From an uncultured Pseudomonadota bacterium (lineage in GTDB: Bacteria > Oederibacteriota > Muellerivitia > Muellerivitales > Muellerivitaceae), in the NCBI GenBank assembly GCA_963843375.1, contig CAWJKT010000011.1, positions 224,001 to 288,000 on the forward strand: a stretch of DNA of 64,000 nucleotides, written 5' to 3'. Below the pieces are notes generated by a model that was not told the origin of the DNA, made no database searches, and saw only the letters and a list, made by a program, of their open reading frames with translations. A program made the translations under genes and the position numbers. Of this stretch, positions 36,287-46,856 are shown piece by piece. Each line of letters begins with the position of its first letter. Position 1 is the first letter of the stretch.

Positions 36287-36847
36287 TTATATATCTTCGC
36301 TCAACCCAAAAACAACGGGAACGTCCTGCTGAATTAAGTTGTTGTAAAAGAGGATGTTATAGCGGGCTTCCAGGAATAGATGCTCTCCCGGGTGGATATC
36401 GAATTGAAAACCCAACCCCGCGTTGCCGGCCAGGGAGGAAGTGCTGTATCCACTCGGGTTTCCGACCTGGACGTCGTAACCGGGGCCTAATAAAAAGTAA
36501 GTGTCCACGCCCGGACCTGGAACATTGAAACGCAAGTTGAAAAAAGCCCGGTAGTCATAGGTGGAATTGCCTCCACCGGTGAAAAACCAGGGGTTGAGAT
36601 CCAATTGAAGGGCCAGAAGCGAATTCAACCGGACTCCGCCGAAGATGAGGCCGCCTCCACCCAAGGAGTAGCTGGAGTCCCAATTTTGGATGAGGGCGTC
36701 TACACCTAACCCGATTCCTAAATACCAAGGTGATACCGATGAGTTTGAGACATCGCTGTTTTCGATGGCCATGTCCTGTTGGGCCAGGACTGGGGACGCC
36801 ATAATCAAACCGAGGATGAGAAGTAGGACTTTCTTTTTCATATCCAT
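36287..36847 (-). CDS. Small outer-membrane beta-barrel protein
   Basis: Signal peptide; strands WYLGIGLG, TYFLLGPG, AGLGFQF and LFLEARY. Confidence 0.72.
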   Translation of the reverse strand: MDMKKKVLLLILGLIMASPVLAQQDMAIENSDVSNSSVSPWYLGIGLGVDALIQNWDSSYSLGGGGLIFGGVRLNSLLALQLDLNPWFFTGGGNSTYDYRAFFNLRFNVPGPGVDTYFLLGPGYDVQVGNPSGYSTSSLAGNAGLGFQFDIHPGEHLFLEARYNILFYNNLIQQDVPVVFGLSEDI

Positions 36848-36895
36848 CCTTTTTTATCCATGAGACGATTAAAATCGGATTATACCTTTAGATTA

Positions 36896-37867
36896 TTAAG
36901 ACTTGAAGATCCCACCGATGAATTGGATATCCTCCGCGGACAGGGGTTTGCCCTCGCCGGCCAGGTTGACCTGAACTTGGTTAAGATTCCGGAAGCCTGG
37001 GATCACGCAGCAAACCAAGGGATTGGCCAAAAGGTATTGCAGGGCCACCCGGGCCAAATCTTTGACCTCTTTTCCGAAACGGGATTTTAATTTTTCGATT
37101 TTAGGCTGGACCGCCAAAAGGGACTCAGTAGTAAAACGCTGGTCGCCCTTGCGGTGATCGCCCTCGTCGAACTTGGGTGGATTCTTGGGATCGAACTTGC
37201 CCAAAAGGATGCCCTGGTTCAGGGGGGAGAAGGCGACGAAACTCATTTTCTTTTCGACGAGGAGCTTGTGGACGGGCGTTCCCTCGCGGACGAATTGGTC
37301 GTCCATGATGTGGGCCCAGCTTTGCAGCACGTCGGGCTTGACCCTGGGAACCAGTTTTACGAAGTCCTCGTTGGAATAGGCCGACTGGCCAATAAGGCGG
37401 ATCTTGCCTTCTTTTTTTAATTGAAACATGACCGCCACGGCGTCATCGAGATAGCGGGCGTTAGGCCCGAAATCCCCATGGTGGAAATAATATATGTCGA
37501 GGACATCCCGCTTGAGGTTGATCAAGGACTGCTCGCATTGGTGCCGGATATGGGCTGGTTCATAAGCGCTGGCCGCGGTGCCGGGGAACCAGCCGACCTT
37601 GGTGGCGATGATGAGTTTCTTGGTACGCTCCCCCAGGATTTCGGAAAGCATGCGCTCCGCCCGGCCGTTGCCGTAAACATCCGCGTTGTCGAAATGATTC
37701 ACGCCCTGGTCCAGGGCGTAGTCGATAGCCTTTTTAACCTCCACTGCGTTCACGTCGGCCCAGCCATTGGGGCTTCCATTCACCCAATTCAATCCACCGA
37801 GGGTCCAGCAGCCCAGGCTGATTTCCGAGACTTCAATGCTGGATTGGCCGATTTTACGGTATTTCAT
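36896..37867 (-). CDS. Aldo/keto reductase
   Basis: MKYRKIG..VSEISLGCW, FDNADVYG, IATKVG, DIYYFH and FSPLNQG. Confidence 0.94.
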   Translation of the reverse strand: MKYRKIGQSSIEVSEISLGCWTLGGLNWVNGSPNGWADVNAVEVKKAIDYALDQGVNHFDNADVYGNGRAERMLSEILGERTKKLIIATKVGWFPGTAASAYEPAHIRHQCEQSLINLKRDVLDIYYFHHGDFGPNARYLDDAVAVMFQLKKEGKIRLIGQSAYSNEDFVKLVPRVKPDVLQSWAHIMDDQFVREGTPVHKLLVEKKMSFVAFSPLNQGILLGKFDPKNPPKFDEGDHRKGDQRFTTESLLAVQPKIEKLKSRFGKEVKDLARVALQYLLANPLVCCVIPGFRNLNQVQVNLAGEGKPLSAEDIQFIGGIFKS

Positions 37868-38095
37868 AAGGGCTCCCCTTGATTGGAATTTCCCAAGACT
37901 ACACAAAGCAATCGCCTTTTCATAGCGGATAAACCGAGATTTTCGCCTGTGGGTTGGGTAAAAGTTTCCCGTCTGGGTAATTTCATGATGCCTTCAATGA
38001 CGCTTGAGTGAATTATCGACCCGATTCCGTACAACTTTTTGGCACGACCGTTGCCTTACTGAATGCCATAGATGATCAAACCAAGGAGAACGAAT

Positions 38096-38505
38096 ATGAA
38101 ACACAACGATTTTAAAATCTTAATCGCGGAGGATGATCCGGGAGTCCGCCGTTTATATGAAAAGGCTTTCAAGAGGAAGGCTATGAGGTTGTTTTGGTGG
38201 AGGCAGGCGGCCAAGTCACGGCCGAATTAGCCGAAAACTCCTATGACCTTTTGATTACCGATTTGAAATTGCCGGGAATGAGCGCACTGGAGGCCCTTCC
38301 CGAAATCCGCAAGAAACATCCCCGGCTGCCTATCATCGTGGTGTCGGGTTACTACGTGAACTTGATCGAGGAATTCGACAAAAAGGGTTTCAACGTCAAT
38401 CTGTTCCTCAACAAACCTTTGAGCCTAAGCGACCTGAAAAAGGCGGTTCGCCGGGTGCTGGGATTGTCCGCAGCGGAAGAAACCAGGGGTCAGGCGGCAT
38501 CTTAA
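38096..38505 (+). CDS. Single-domain response regulator (CheY-like); one-base frameshift at ~38172
   Basis: AAGGAG RBS; ATG 38096 gives KILIAEDD...KAF. The next frame gives EEGYEVV...DLLITDLKLPGMS...VSG...KP. Confidence 0.85.
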
Positions 38506-38643
38506 AATGAAGGTTAGAATAAAATTCCTGTTACCACTAAGCGCACCAAGAAATGAATGGAAAAAATATTTAAAAAATTTGTTCCTCAAGCTTTCTTCCT
38601 CTTTTTCTTGGAATCCTTAGTGTTTTCAAGTATCGAAATATAT

Positions 38644-39585
38644 TTATTTTTTAAAGCTAGCCTTGGCCAAGCGGTCATTAATCGCTCGGCCCAGGCCCTG
38701 ATCCGGGACCGGGAGAGCTAAAATGACATCCAAATTCTTCTCATCCAGCCTCCTCATGGCGGCGAAAAGATTCGCCGCCGCTTCCTTCAAATCACCTTGA
38801 TTGGACAAAACCTCGATCGCGGTGTAAGGGGTTGGGTCCTGGGGTTTTCCCAGAGCCAGCAGACCGATCCTCTTTCCGACCGGTAGGGAATTCATCGGGA
38901 CACCCAAAACCATGGGTGTGCGAAGTGCATAGTGACTTTCCAATTGCCCCGGGGCCTGGGGAATACCCGCCACCTTTGGTTTGACCAAGACCGGGCCTAT
39001 CAGCGCTTGGATTTCCTCCAATGGCGCGCCGCCTAGTCGCAGGAGCAGGGGCTCCTTTTCGATAAAAGAAATGACCGTGGACTCCACGCCGATTTGGCAG
39101 GGGCCACCGTCTAGGATCATTCCAATCTTGTTTCCCAAGGACCGGCGGACATGTTCGGCGGTGGTGGGGCTGACCTGTCCGAAGGGGTTGGCGCTGGGAG
39201 CCGCGATGGGCCGTCCGGACTCCCGAATTAATTCCAAGGCCATGGGGTGGTTGGGAACCCGAATGGCGACGGTGGGAAGGGAGGAGGTTACGATATCGGG
39301 CACCAAAGAGGCTTTGGAGAGTACAACGGTCAGCGGCCCCGGCCAAAACTTTTCAATGAGCTTTAAGGCTTTTTCCGGGAATTTGGTGACCAGGATTTCA
39401 GCCTGCCGCATATCCGCCACATGCACGATTAGGGGATCGAATTGGGGGCGGTTTTTCACCTCGAAGATTTCGGCCACCGCATAAGGGTTCAGGGCGTCGG
39501 CTCCAAGGCCATAGACGGTTTCGGTGGGGAAGGCCACGAGCCCTCCTTCCTGAATCAATTGAGCGGCTTTTTGAATCTCGGTCAT
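38644..39585 (-). CDS. sua5: L-threonylcarbamoyladenylate synthase (Sua5 type)
   Basis: VAFPTETVYGLG, KNRP, FWPGPLT, APSAN, APGQLESHY and a SUA5 C-terminal domain. Confidence 0.96.
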   Translation of the reverse strand: MTEIQKAAQLIQEGGLVAFPTETVYGLGADALNPYAVAEIFEVKNRPQFDPLIVHVADMRQAEILVTKFPEKALKLIEKFWPGPLTVVLSKASLVPDIVTSSLPTVAIRVPNHPMALELIRESGRPIAAPSANPFGQVSPTTAEHVRRSLGNKIGMILDGGPCQIGVESTVISFIEKEPLLLRLGGAPLEEIQALIGPVLVKPKVAGIPQAPGQLESHYALRTPMVLGVPMNSLPVGKRIGLLALGKPQDPTPYTAIEVLSNQGDLKEAAANLFAAMRRLDEKNLDVILALPVPDQGLGRAINDRLAKASFKK

Positions 39586-39682
39586 AAAGGCCTTATAAAA
39601 TTTGATTAAATTGTATGATAAGAGGCTTCATCAAATAATGATAAATATTGGTGATTCCGGGGAACAAAAAGAAAAGCCCAAG

Positions 39683-42512
39683 TTAACCGGTGTTTTTCAA
39701 TCCCGCGGCGATGCCGTTGATCGTCATGAGGATGGCGTCTTCCAGTTCCCGCTTTTCCGCCGGATCGGGCCGGCTGCGGAAACGTTTGATGAGTTCGATC
39801 TGGATGAAACTCAAGGGATCGATGTAGGGATTGCGCCGGTTAATGGATTCGTGAAGTGGACGGTCCTTCTCCAAGAGTTCCTTTATTCGCGCGATCTGGC
39901 AGATCACCGCGAAAGTCCGGTCGTATTCGCCTTTGATGCGGTCGAATATTTCCTTGGCCAGGGCCTTGTCCGGCACCAAATCGGCGTATCGACGGGCAAT
40001 GTCCATGTCAGCCTTGGCCAGGATCATTTGGGCGTTGTCCAGGACGGTCTTGAAAAAAGGCCATTGGTTATACATTTCCTGAAGTATGGCCAAAACTTTC
40101 GGATCCGTTTTCAGATATTCCTCCACCGCTCCGCCCAGACCATACCAACCCGGCAAGGTATGTCGGCTCTGCATCCAGGCGAAAACCCAGGGGATGGCCC
40201 GAAGGTTCTCAATCGAATCATCCTGTGCCCGCCGCGCGGGGCGGCTTCCCAGGCTGTGCCGGCTGATGTCGTCGATGGGAGTGGCGGAATAGAAATACTC
40301 CTTGAAGCGTGGATGTTCGTAAACCAGGGAACGGTATATTTCCAACGAACGTTTGGCGAGCCGGTCCATAATTTGTCGCCATTCAGCCTTGGGTATGACT
40401 TCCCGGGAGGGGAAGGAACCCCGCAGGACCGCGTTGACGATTTGTTCGAGGTGCCAGCGGGCGGTGGGGGGATCGGCGTAATGGTCGCTGATGACCTCGC
40501 CCTGTTCGGTGATTTTCAAGCGGCCTTTCAGTGTACCCGGCGGCTGGGCCAAAATGGCCTGCCCGGTGGGGCCGCCGCCACGGCCAATGCTGCCGCCACG
40601 GCCATGGAATAGCCTCAGGGCGATCTGGTGGGAATCGGCCAGCCGGTTCAAGTCGGCTTGAGCCCGGTAAAGGGCCCAATTCGCCGAAAGGTACCCACTT
40701 TCCTTATTGGAATCGCTGTAACCCAGCATGATTTCCTGGACGTCCCCCCGCAATTTCAGGTGGGCTCGATAGGATTCATTTTTTAAGAGGTGGCCCAGGA
40801 TTCCGCTGGAACGTTTCAGGTCATCACGAGTTTCAAAGAGAGGGACAATATTCAAGTGACTGAACTGGCCTTTGTGGTACAACCCGGCTTCCCTCAGGAA
40901 AAGAAGCACGGCCAGGACGTCTGAAACCCCGTGAGTCATGGAAATGATGTAGGTATCGATGGCTGCGGGATTCAGGTGGTTCTGAATGGCTGCGGTGGCT
41001 TGGAAAGTTTTGAGCATCTCCGAGGTTTCGGGGCTGTAATCGAAGGAAGCGGGAACCAAGGGCCTTTCTCCGGCCAATTCTTTTTCCAGGACCAGGGTCC
41101 GATCCTCTTCCTTTAAGGAGGCGTAATCCTCGCAGACTCCGGCTTTTTTGAGGATTTCCGAAAGGGCGGACGTGTGGCGCGCTGAATGCTGGCGGATTTC
41201 CAGGCTGGCCAGGCGGAAGCCGAAAACCTGGACGTTTCGAATCACCTGGCTTAAATAACCATCGGCTAGAATCGTCCCTTTGTTGTTTCGAAGGCTTGCT
41301 TCGATTAATCGCAGGTCAGCCTCCAATTCGTACGCCGAAGGGTACCAGGTGTCGGCTGGAGGCGGTGGCGGCGGGGTTTTCCAGTCCGAGGGGAAGGCCT
41401 GGGTATGGGCGAGGGTCCGAGTCAGCTTTTCGTAAATGTAATTGCACTTTTCCCGGTAACGTTCAAAAGGAATATGGTGTGAGAGATCTTCCGCCAATTC
41501 AGGGAAAAGAAGCGTGTCCTTGACGATGGAGGCGATCAGTTCGGGGCTAATGGGGGTTTGCCTTTCGGAAGAACTCAAGCGGCGGCGGAGTTCCCCGATA
41601 CCGGTGAGGTGCATCTTCAGGGCTGCCTCGCGAAGGAGCTTAATCGTTTCCACGGTAATCTCAGGGGTAACGAAAGGGATTGCCGTCGCGGTCCCCGCCG
41701 ATCCAGGAACCGAACCGCAGGAATGGCGGCACGGTCCAGATCGTCTTCGGGTAAGCTTTTTTGAGCGAACGTTCCAATTCATGGTAGACCTGGGGAATGA
41801 CGGTGGCCAGGGTATCCTCGAAGTAGTAAAGGTTGCCCTTCACCTCGTCCGGTACTGTCAATTTCACTTGTCGAACCTCGTCCGATTGCCAGACCGAAAC
41901 CACCTCCTCCAGGATGTATTTCATGATGTCGTATTTCTCGTCGGGGGAAAGGTTTTCCACCACCATCCGAGTTGTGGCTTTGGCGATGCGGTGCAGTTTG
42001 GTTAGGGTGGTGCGCCGCTTGGATTCGGTGGGGTGGGCCGTAAATACCAGATGGATTTGTCCCTGGTCAAAAAGGGCCTGCAAGCTCTTGGGCAATACTC
42101 CCTGTTCCTCAAGAATGGAAACGGCCGAGGAAACGGATCCGGGTCTGGGCTTGAGGATTCCGTCCTCCTGATAGGGATGTTTCAAGGATCGCACCAAGTC
42201 TACCTTTTCGGCCAGGTTAATCAGGCCGAAATAGTGGGTAAATGCCTTGGTGAGGAGATTCAGTTTCGCGAGAGGCAGTTTGGAAACGGTCTGGGCCAGT
42301 TCCTCGCCCACCTTGGGGTCGGAAGTCGTCCGGAGGGTCTTGGCCAGGTGCCGGATGCGCTCCACATGCATGAGGGCCTGAGTGCCTTCCTGGTAGGAAA
42401 TGACGCTGCCAAGGGTAGTAGCCAAGGTATCGACCAGGGAGGACAAGGAATAACTATCGACCTTGTGGTCGGTAAGGGGAGGTGAGGAGGATTTAATTTC
42501 TTCCTGGAACAT
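39683..42512 (-). CDS. ppc: Phosphoenolpyruvate carboxylase; one-base frameshift at ~41675
   Basis: VFTAHPTE and SWIGGDRDGNP in one frame. FVTPE, IVPLFET, MLGYSDSNKE, FHGRGGSIGRGG, LRAIPWVF and GIAAGLKNTG in the next. Confidence 0.95.
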
Positions 42513-42616
42513 CGTGGATTCCTAGATTTAAACAACAGAGACAACGAAAAACCAATTAAAGACTCAAAATCAAAATGGTATTTAACCGCGTCTCCGTGCC
42601 TCCCTGTTGAAGTGGT

Positions 42617-43102
42617 TTATACCAGTTTTTCCTTGAGGATTTTTTCCGCCTGGTCGGCGCGGAATTGCTTGAGCTTTTCGCGAAGTTTAGGGTCCTTATT
42701 GGCCAGAATGGCGACGGCCAATAAAGCCGCGTTCACCGCGCCTGCCTTGCCGATCGCCAAAGTTCCCACAGGAATGCCACCAGGCATTTGGGCGGTCGAA
42801 AGAAGGGAATCCAACCCGTTCAACTTGCTTTCCATGGGGACGCCCAGTACGGGCAAAAGGGTGTGGGCCGCGCAAACTCCGGCCAAGTGGGCCGCGCCGC
42901 CGGCGGCGGCGATGACGACTTCCACGCCTCTGGCCTCAGCGCCGGAAACATACTCGGAAGTTTCCCTGGGGGTCCGGTGGGCCGAAAGCACCCGAGATTC
43001 ATGGGGCACGTCAAACTGATTCAGGGTGTCGGAAGCGTTCTTCATTACTTCCCAGTCGGATTTACTGCCCATCAAAATATTGACGAGATTCTTTTCAGGC
43101 AT
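42617..43102 (-). CDS. purE: N5-CAIR mutase
   Basis: ILMGSKSDW, SAHRTP, AGGAAHLAG, GLDSLLS and QMPGGIPV. Confidence 0.97.
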   Translation of the reverse strand: MPEKNLVNILMGSKSDWEVMKNASDTLNQFDVPHESRVLSAHRTPRETSEYVSGAEARGVEVVIAAAGGAAHLAGVCAAHTLLPVLGVPMESKLNGLDSLLSTAQMPGGIPVGTLAIGKAGAVNAALLAVAILANKDPKLREKLKQFRADQAEKILKEKLV

Positions 43103-43234
43103 GCCATACCCCTTCGTTGGATTAGTGTGGGAAAGAATACCAAAAGATGGAAGTCAATAGTAAGAAGGTTTTTGAAAAAGGAGCGCAGGAAGTTTTACCT
43201 CCATTCATCCGGCTGTTCCTGTAAAATACGGCTT

Positions 43235-43942
43235 ATGACCCCTGAAATGTTCAAGCTCATTTACCAGGCCATAACCCAAGGCCTCATCATCGGGTTTTGC
43301 ACCGCGGCCCTTATCGGACCGGTAAATTTCCTGGCTATCCGCCGGGGGATCATGGGGGGGTTCCAGCAAACCTTCATGGTCGGGGCGGGCGCGGCCTTGG
43401 TAGACGCCGTCTTTGCCTGGGTGGTTTATGCGGGATTATTGAAGGTGGGGTTTACGGGCGTCTGGAAGATCATCCTCTGGGGGCTTTGCGCCATTTTCCT
43501 GCTTTACCTGGCCTATTCCACCTTGACCGAAATCCGTGATGACCCGGAGGCCATGGTCCATCCCAAGGTCCGTCGGCAAATTCAATGGATCGACCATTCC
43601 TTTGTCATGGGCCTGATCCTGGCGGCCACCAATCCCTTCACGCTGATGTATTGGATCGGCATGGTTGGAACGGTCCAGCTCTCCATGCCCATTCCCCCCA
43701 ACCTGGATATCGCCGGGGGGGCGGCCACGTCTTTTTTCTCCGCAATCCTGGTGAGCGAACTGATCTGGTTTTCCTGCTTGGGGATGGGGGTCCATTACAG
43801 TCGTAATCTTTTCAATCGGAAGGCCTTGAAATGGATTACCTGGTTCTTCGGGTTTTTGCTTCTTTTCTATTACGTGTTCATGGCGGTGAAGGTGGTCATG
43901 AACCTCATCCACACCGGTGGAGAGCCTTTCGTCCCCCGCTGA
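43235..43942 (+). CDS. LysE family translocator
   Basis: IGPVN..IRRG, GAALVD and TNPFTLMYW; six TM segments. Confidence 0.88.
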   Translation: MTPEMFKLIYQAITQGLIIGFCTAALIGPVNFLAIRRGIMGGFQQTFMVGAGAALVDAVFAWVVYAGLLKVGFTGVWKIILWGLCAIFLLYLAYSTLTEIRDDPEAMVHPKVRRQIQWIDHSFVMGLILAATNPFTLMYWIGMVGTVQLSMPIPPNLDIAGGAATSFFSAILVSELIWFSCLGMGVHYSRNLFNRKALKWITWFFGFLLLFYYVFMAVKVVMNLIHTGGEPFVPR

Positions 43943-43976
43943 CTCGATTAAATTTATTCATTCAAAAATTACGGGC

Positions 43977-44165
43977 TTAATCCTGCTCTCGTTCCGCCTC
44001 TAGTTCCTCCACCTCGCCCCCGTGCATTCTTACCCTCAGGGCGATGGGGCGGCAGCAATTTTCGCAGTCGGTGGTCCATTGTTGAAGTCCGGAAACAGGG
44101 TCCAGGGGCGAGAAATTGGGATAACCGCAGTAAGGACAGCTGAACTCAATCGTGGGCCCGCTCAT
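43977..44165 (-). CDS. CPXCG-motif cysteine-rich protein
   Basis: CPYCG ... DCENCCRPI. Confidence 0.88.
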   Translation of the reverse strand: MSGPTIEFSCPYCGYPNFSPLDPVSGLQQWTTDCENCCRPIALRVRMHGGEVEELEAEREQD

Positions 44166-44171
44166 GGGCGG

Positions 44172-44849
44172 CTAGTCGCTGCCTGACAAGAGGAAGTCGT
44201 TGTTGGGCGGGGCAATGCGGGGTTCTCCGTTAAAAAATTTGTTAAAGTTCACGACGTCCACTTCATCCACTGGATCGGGTTCGGCTTTGGCCATTTTCCC
44301 GTTTTGCCAGGTGTTTTCGGAATGCTCCACTTTAAATTTTTGCTCCTCGTCCTTGTCGATGACTGTCAGCTTGCCGGTAAAATATTTCACCATGAGGGAT
44401 TCCTTGGTGGGATCGTAACTGAGGATAGATTGGGTATTGTTAATCGCGGTGACCACCGAACCGGTATTGATCTCAAAAAAACTTTGGCGGGAACCACAAC
44501 CATTGGTTCTCAACAGTAAATTTCCCTTTTGAAGGACCAAACGAATCTGGCGATCGGGGCCTTCCAAATAGTATTCATCAATATTAATAACCGTGCCGCC
44601 ATCCAACCCGATTCTATCCCCCCGGTGGGTTTTTAGAATCACCCAACTTTTGTCGTAAGAGGAAATGGTATCCCCCTTTTGGAGGGTGGTCCCCGTTTGA
44701 ATGGCGTAGGGTTTGGAGCCGTCCGCGGGCTGGACCATGACGGTCCCCTCGATCTTATCGATCGTTATTTCATTGAAAGTCTCGGCGGATAGGCCTACTG
44801 GAAGAAAGAGGGCCGAAGCGGCAAGGACTAATAAGGTTTGAAGGCGCAT
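44172..44849 (-). CDS. Secreted FecR-domain protein
   Basis: Signal peptide; IEGTV...LQKGDTI...LVLQKG...FEINTGSV FecR-like pattern; AAGGAG RBS. Confidence 0.72.
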   Translation of the reverse strand: MRLQTLLVLAASALFLPVGLSAETFNEITIDKIEGTVMVQPADGSKPYAIQTGTTLQKGDTISSYDKSWVILKTHRGDRIGLDGGTVINIDEYYLEGPDRQIRLVLQKGNLLLRTNGCGSRQSFFEINTGSVVTAINNTQSILSYDPTKESLMVKYFTGKLTVIDKDEEQKFKVEHSENTWQNGKMAKAEPDPVDEVDVVNFNKFFNGEPRIAPPNNDFLLSGSD

Positions 44850-44989
44850 AGCGACTCCTTGTGGAAGTAAAAGCGGTAGGGGTTTATCCTATCTTTTTTT
44901 AAGGTGTGGGGCAACGTGAAAGGGTAGGCTAGGAAGGCCTAGTTTCCTTAGATTGCCTTGCCGCCCAAAATTAAAACCATTGGAGTCTT

Positions 44990-45844
44990 ATGGAAAGCCT
45001 TCCTGTTGCGCTTATTACGGGGTGTTCCACCGGAATTGGTTTTGAAACGGCGCTTCTTTTGGCTCGCAAGGGCCACCGGGTTTATGCAACGATGCGGGAT
45101 TTGAAAAAAGCCCGTTCTTTGAAGGAAGCTTCCGTTGGGTTGCCGGTTGAAATCTTGACGTTGGACGTGGATAAGGCGTCGTCCGTAAAAAAGGCCGTAG
45201 CGGCCATCGTGAAAAAAGCGGGTCGAATCGACGTGTTGGTTAATAACGCGGGGTGGGGAGCATTTGGAGCAATGGAAGAATATTCCGATGAGGAAATCCA
45301 CGCCCAATATGAAACCAATGTCTTCGGCCTTTTGCGGGTCACCCGGGCGGTTTTGCCCGTGATGCGGGCACAAGGCTCAGGCCGTATCCTCCATATCGGG
45401 TCCCTCGCTGGGAAAATGACCTTTGCCGGGATCGGCCTCTATTGTTCCAGCAAATACGCCGTGGAAGCCATAACCGAAAGCCTCAGGCTGGAAGTCCATC
45501 CTTTCCATATCGAGGTGGCGGTGGTGGAGCCGGGCAACATTAGAACCCCTTTCAAGGTCAACCGGCGCCAAGCTAAAATTTTTCTCGAAAAAAAATCCGC
45601 TTATCAGAACGTGCTGGAAAGAATCCTTTATTTTGGGAACCACCCTCCCGATTCGGCACCGGGCCCGGATCGGGTGGCGAAAACGGTCCTCAAAGCCCTT
45701 CAGGCATCCCGAATGGCCATCCGCTATCCGGTCGGAAGGGATGCGATCATGTTTCCTTTGATTCGTTGGTTCCTTCCGGATTTTCTTTATGACCAAGTGC
45801 TGCAAATGCGCTATTTCCAGTTTCAAAAAGAGGGCCTGCCATGA
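44990..45844 (+). CDS. Short-chain dehydrogenase/reductase
   Basis: TGCSTGIG, NNAG and YCSSK. Confidence 0.94.
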   Translation: MESLPVALITGCSTGIGFETALLLARKGHRVYATMRDLKKARSLKEASVGLPVEILTLDVDKASSVKKAVAAIVKKAGRIDVLVNNAGWGAFGAMEEYSDEEIHAQYETNVFGLLRVTRAVLPVMRAQGSGRILHIGSLAGKMTFAGIGLYCSSKYAVEAITESLRLEVHPFHIEVAVVEPGNIRTPFKVNRRQAKIFLEKKSAYQNVLERILYFGNHPPDSAPGPDRVAKTVLKALQASRMAIRYPVGRDAIMFPLIRWFLPDFLYDQVLQMRYFQFQKEGLP

Positions 45845-46668
45845 ACCCTTCGGTTGTTCTCATAACGGGGGCCAACTCGGGTTTTGGATTGGCCACGGCC
45901 CAGGCCCTGGCCGAAGGGGGCTATCGAGTTTACGCCACCTACCGTAATCCACGAAAGGCGGGCCATTTGTGGCAACTCTCCAAAAACATGACCCTTTTCC
46001 CGCTGTTAATGGATGTCAACCGGGAAACCTCGGTGGATCGCGCGGTAAGACAAATCCTCAAACGCGAGGGCAAAATCGACATCCTTCTTAATAACGCTGG
46101 ATTTGTGATGGCGGGATGCTGGGAAGATTTGTCCGACTCCGATATTGAGGCCCAATTCCAGACCAACGTGTTTGGGCTCTTACGGGTCACGCGGGCGGTC
46201 TTGCCTTCCATGCGAAAGCAGGGTTCGGGAAAGATCATCAATGTCGGGAGCGTCGCGGGTTTCATGGGAACGCCCTTCCTGGGAGCCTATTCCGCCACCA
46301 AGTTCGCGGTGAATTCGATTACCGAGGCATTAAGGATGGAAGGCCGGCCCTGGGGTGTGGACGTGACCGAGATTAATCCGGGGGAAGTCCAAACGAACGT
46401 GGTCCAAAACGCCCGGATAGGGCAAAAAGTTAAATCTTCTTCTTCGCCTTACACCGCTTTTACCCTTCAAGTTGAAGCCTGGCAAAAGGGACGGTTCGAA
46501 AAAGCGGCGCCGGTGGGGATTTTCGTGAAGACGGTTTTTAAAGCCTTGGGGGATAAACCGACGAAACGGCGGTACTTGGTGAAATGGGACGACCGCTTTC
46601 TTTATTTTCTGCGATGGTTGTTGCCGGATACCTTGTTGGAGTGGGGATTTTCCAAAATGTTGTATTAA
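45841..46668 (+). CDS. Short-chain dehydrogenase/reductase (tandem paralog)
   Basis: TGANSGFG, NNAG and YSATK; ATGA overlap; shares NVFGLLRVTRAVLP with the upstream gene. Confidence 0.94.
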   Translation: MNPSVVLITGANSGFGLATAQALAEGGYRVYATYRNPRKAGHLWQLSKNMTLFPLLMDVNRETSVDRAVRQILKREGKIDILLNNAGFVMAGCWEDLSDSDIEAQFQTNVFGLLRVTRAVLPSMRKQGSGKIINVGSVAGFMGTPFLGAYSATKFAVNSITEALRMEGRPWGVDVTEINPGEVQTNVVQNARIGQKVKSSSSPYTAFTLQVEAWQKGRFEKAAPVGIFVKTVFKALGDKPTKRRYLVKWDDRFLYFLRWLLPDTLLEWGFSKMLY

Positions 46669-46802
46669 GAGGTTTTTGGATATAAAAAATAATTTCAAAA
46701 CCAGGAGGTTCGCTCTTTTAGCGGGAGTCTGAATATGGGTTTTTCCGGAAACCAAGGGGCGGGTTTTGGCAGATTGAAAGTTGGCCCCTTCATACTCCCC
46801 AT

Positions 46803-46836
46803 AAAAAAAGGCGGTTCGCTTTTGACGAACCGCCTT
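46803..46836 (-). terminator. Intrinsic terminator
   Basis: AAGGCGGTTCG/CGAACCGCCTT stem with a T-run on the minus strand. Confidence 0.8.
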
Positions 46837-46856
46837 GAATCAACGGACTTTTTTGT

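Noticed and set aside
39602..40612. 336-aa + strand ORF
   Set aside because: It is the antisense shadow of ppc.
41661..41690. Programmed ribosomal frameshift in ppc
   Set aside because: There is no canonical slippery heptamer, and it is one of many similar indels, so an assembly error is more likely.
42788..43234. N-terminal extension of the LysE ORF in the ORF track
   Set aside because: It overlaps purE on the opposite strand; the LysE domain begins at 43235.
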